A stretch of 63,829 nt of DNA, filler included, from Octopus bimaculoides (Eukaryota), in assembly GCF_001194135.2 (NCBI RefSeq). It is 5 parts of 4 records of this genome, joined end to end, with 100 filler letters (N's around TTAATTAATTAA, not from the genome) between each part and the next. Parts side by side here need not be neighbours in the genome. Positions count along the whole stretch, not along the records: positions 59,497 to 63,829 come from NC_068988.1; 4 more parts are not named here. The stretch is one strand, 5' to 3'. Positions 63,700-63,829 of the stretch are shown piece by piece (within the stretch, counting starts at the first letter, position 1; the number at the start of each line of letters is the position of its first letter). Both the position numbers and the translations under genes were made by a program. Under the pieces are notes generated by a model. That model saw only the letters and a list, made by a program, of their open reading frames with translations. It searched no databases and was not told the DNA's origin.

Positions 63700-63829
63700 A
63701 GAAAAGAAAATGCAGATTAAGAAGTTAATTGTTTATTATTAACAACAAATTTGTACATTAAATTTACATGTATGTGGCATGAGTATAATTTCGTCAGAGG
63801 AAAAAAGATGTACCTTTGGATGTTATATG

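Overview
Repeat-rich, AT-rich animal genomic DNA from a gapped draft assembly (roughly a tenth is N). The SINE, microsatellite and LINE content looks like an octopus (coleoid cephalopod), which is an inference from repeat recognition. Two intron-rich host genes face each other tail to tail. Mitochondrial ClpP is on the + strand (five coding exons traced, 23785-27444; last exon not visible, probably in a gap). ENOSF1 / L-fuconate dehydratase is on the - strand (15 coding exons traced into one open frame of 413 aa, 30677-43218; first exon not found). A GC-rich orphan ORF lies at 52032-52403. The remainder is decayed mobile DNA: R4/Dong-like RLE LINEs, two Penelope-like elements (PLE), RTE, mariner and Helitron remnants, HINE-like and TTAA MITEs, tRNA-derived SINEs and microsatellites. 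The most interesting signal is a set of minimal type I hammerhead-ribozyme-like motifs read directly from the sequence. Three pairs sit in head-to-head fold-back repeats (13.3-14.1 kb, 46.3-46.5 kb, 57.6-58.0 kb), and the 46.4 kb pair has the conserved C3-G8 core pair flipped to G3-C8. Activity is untested. There are no CRISPR arrays, rRNA genes or bona fide tRNA genes.
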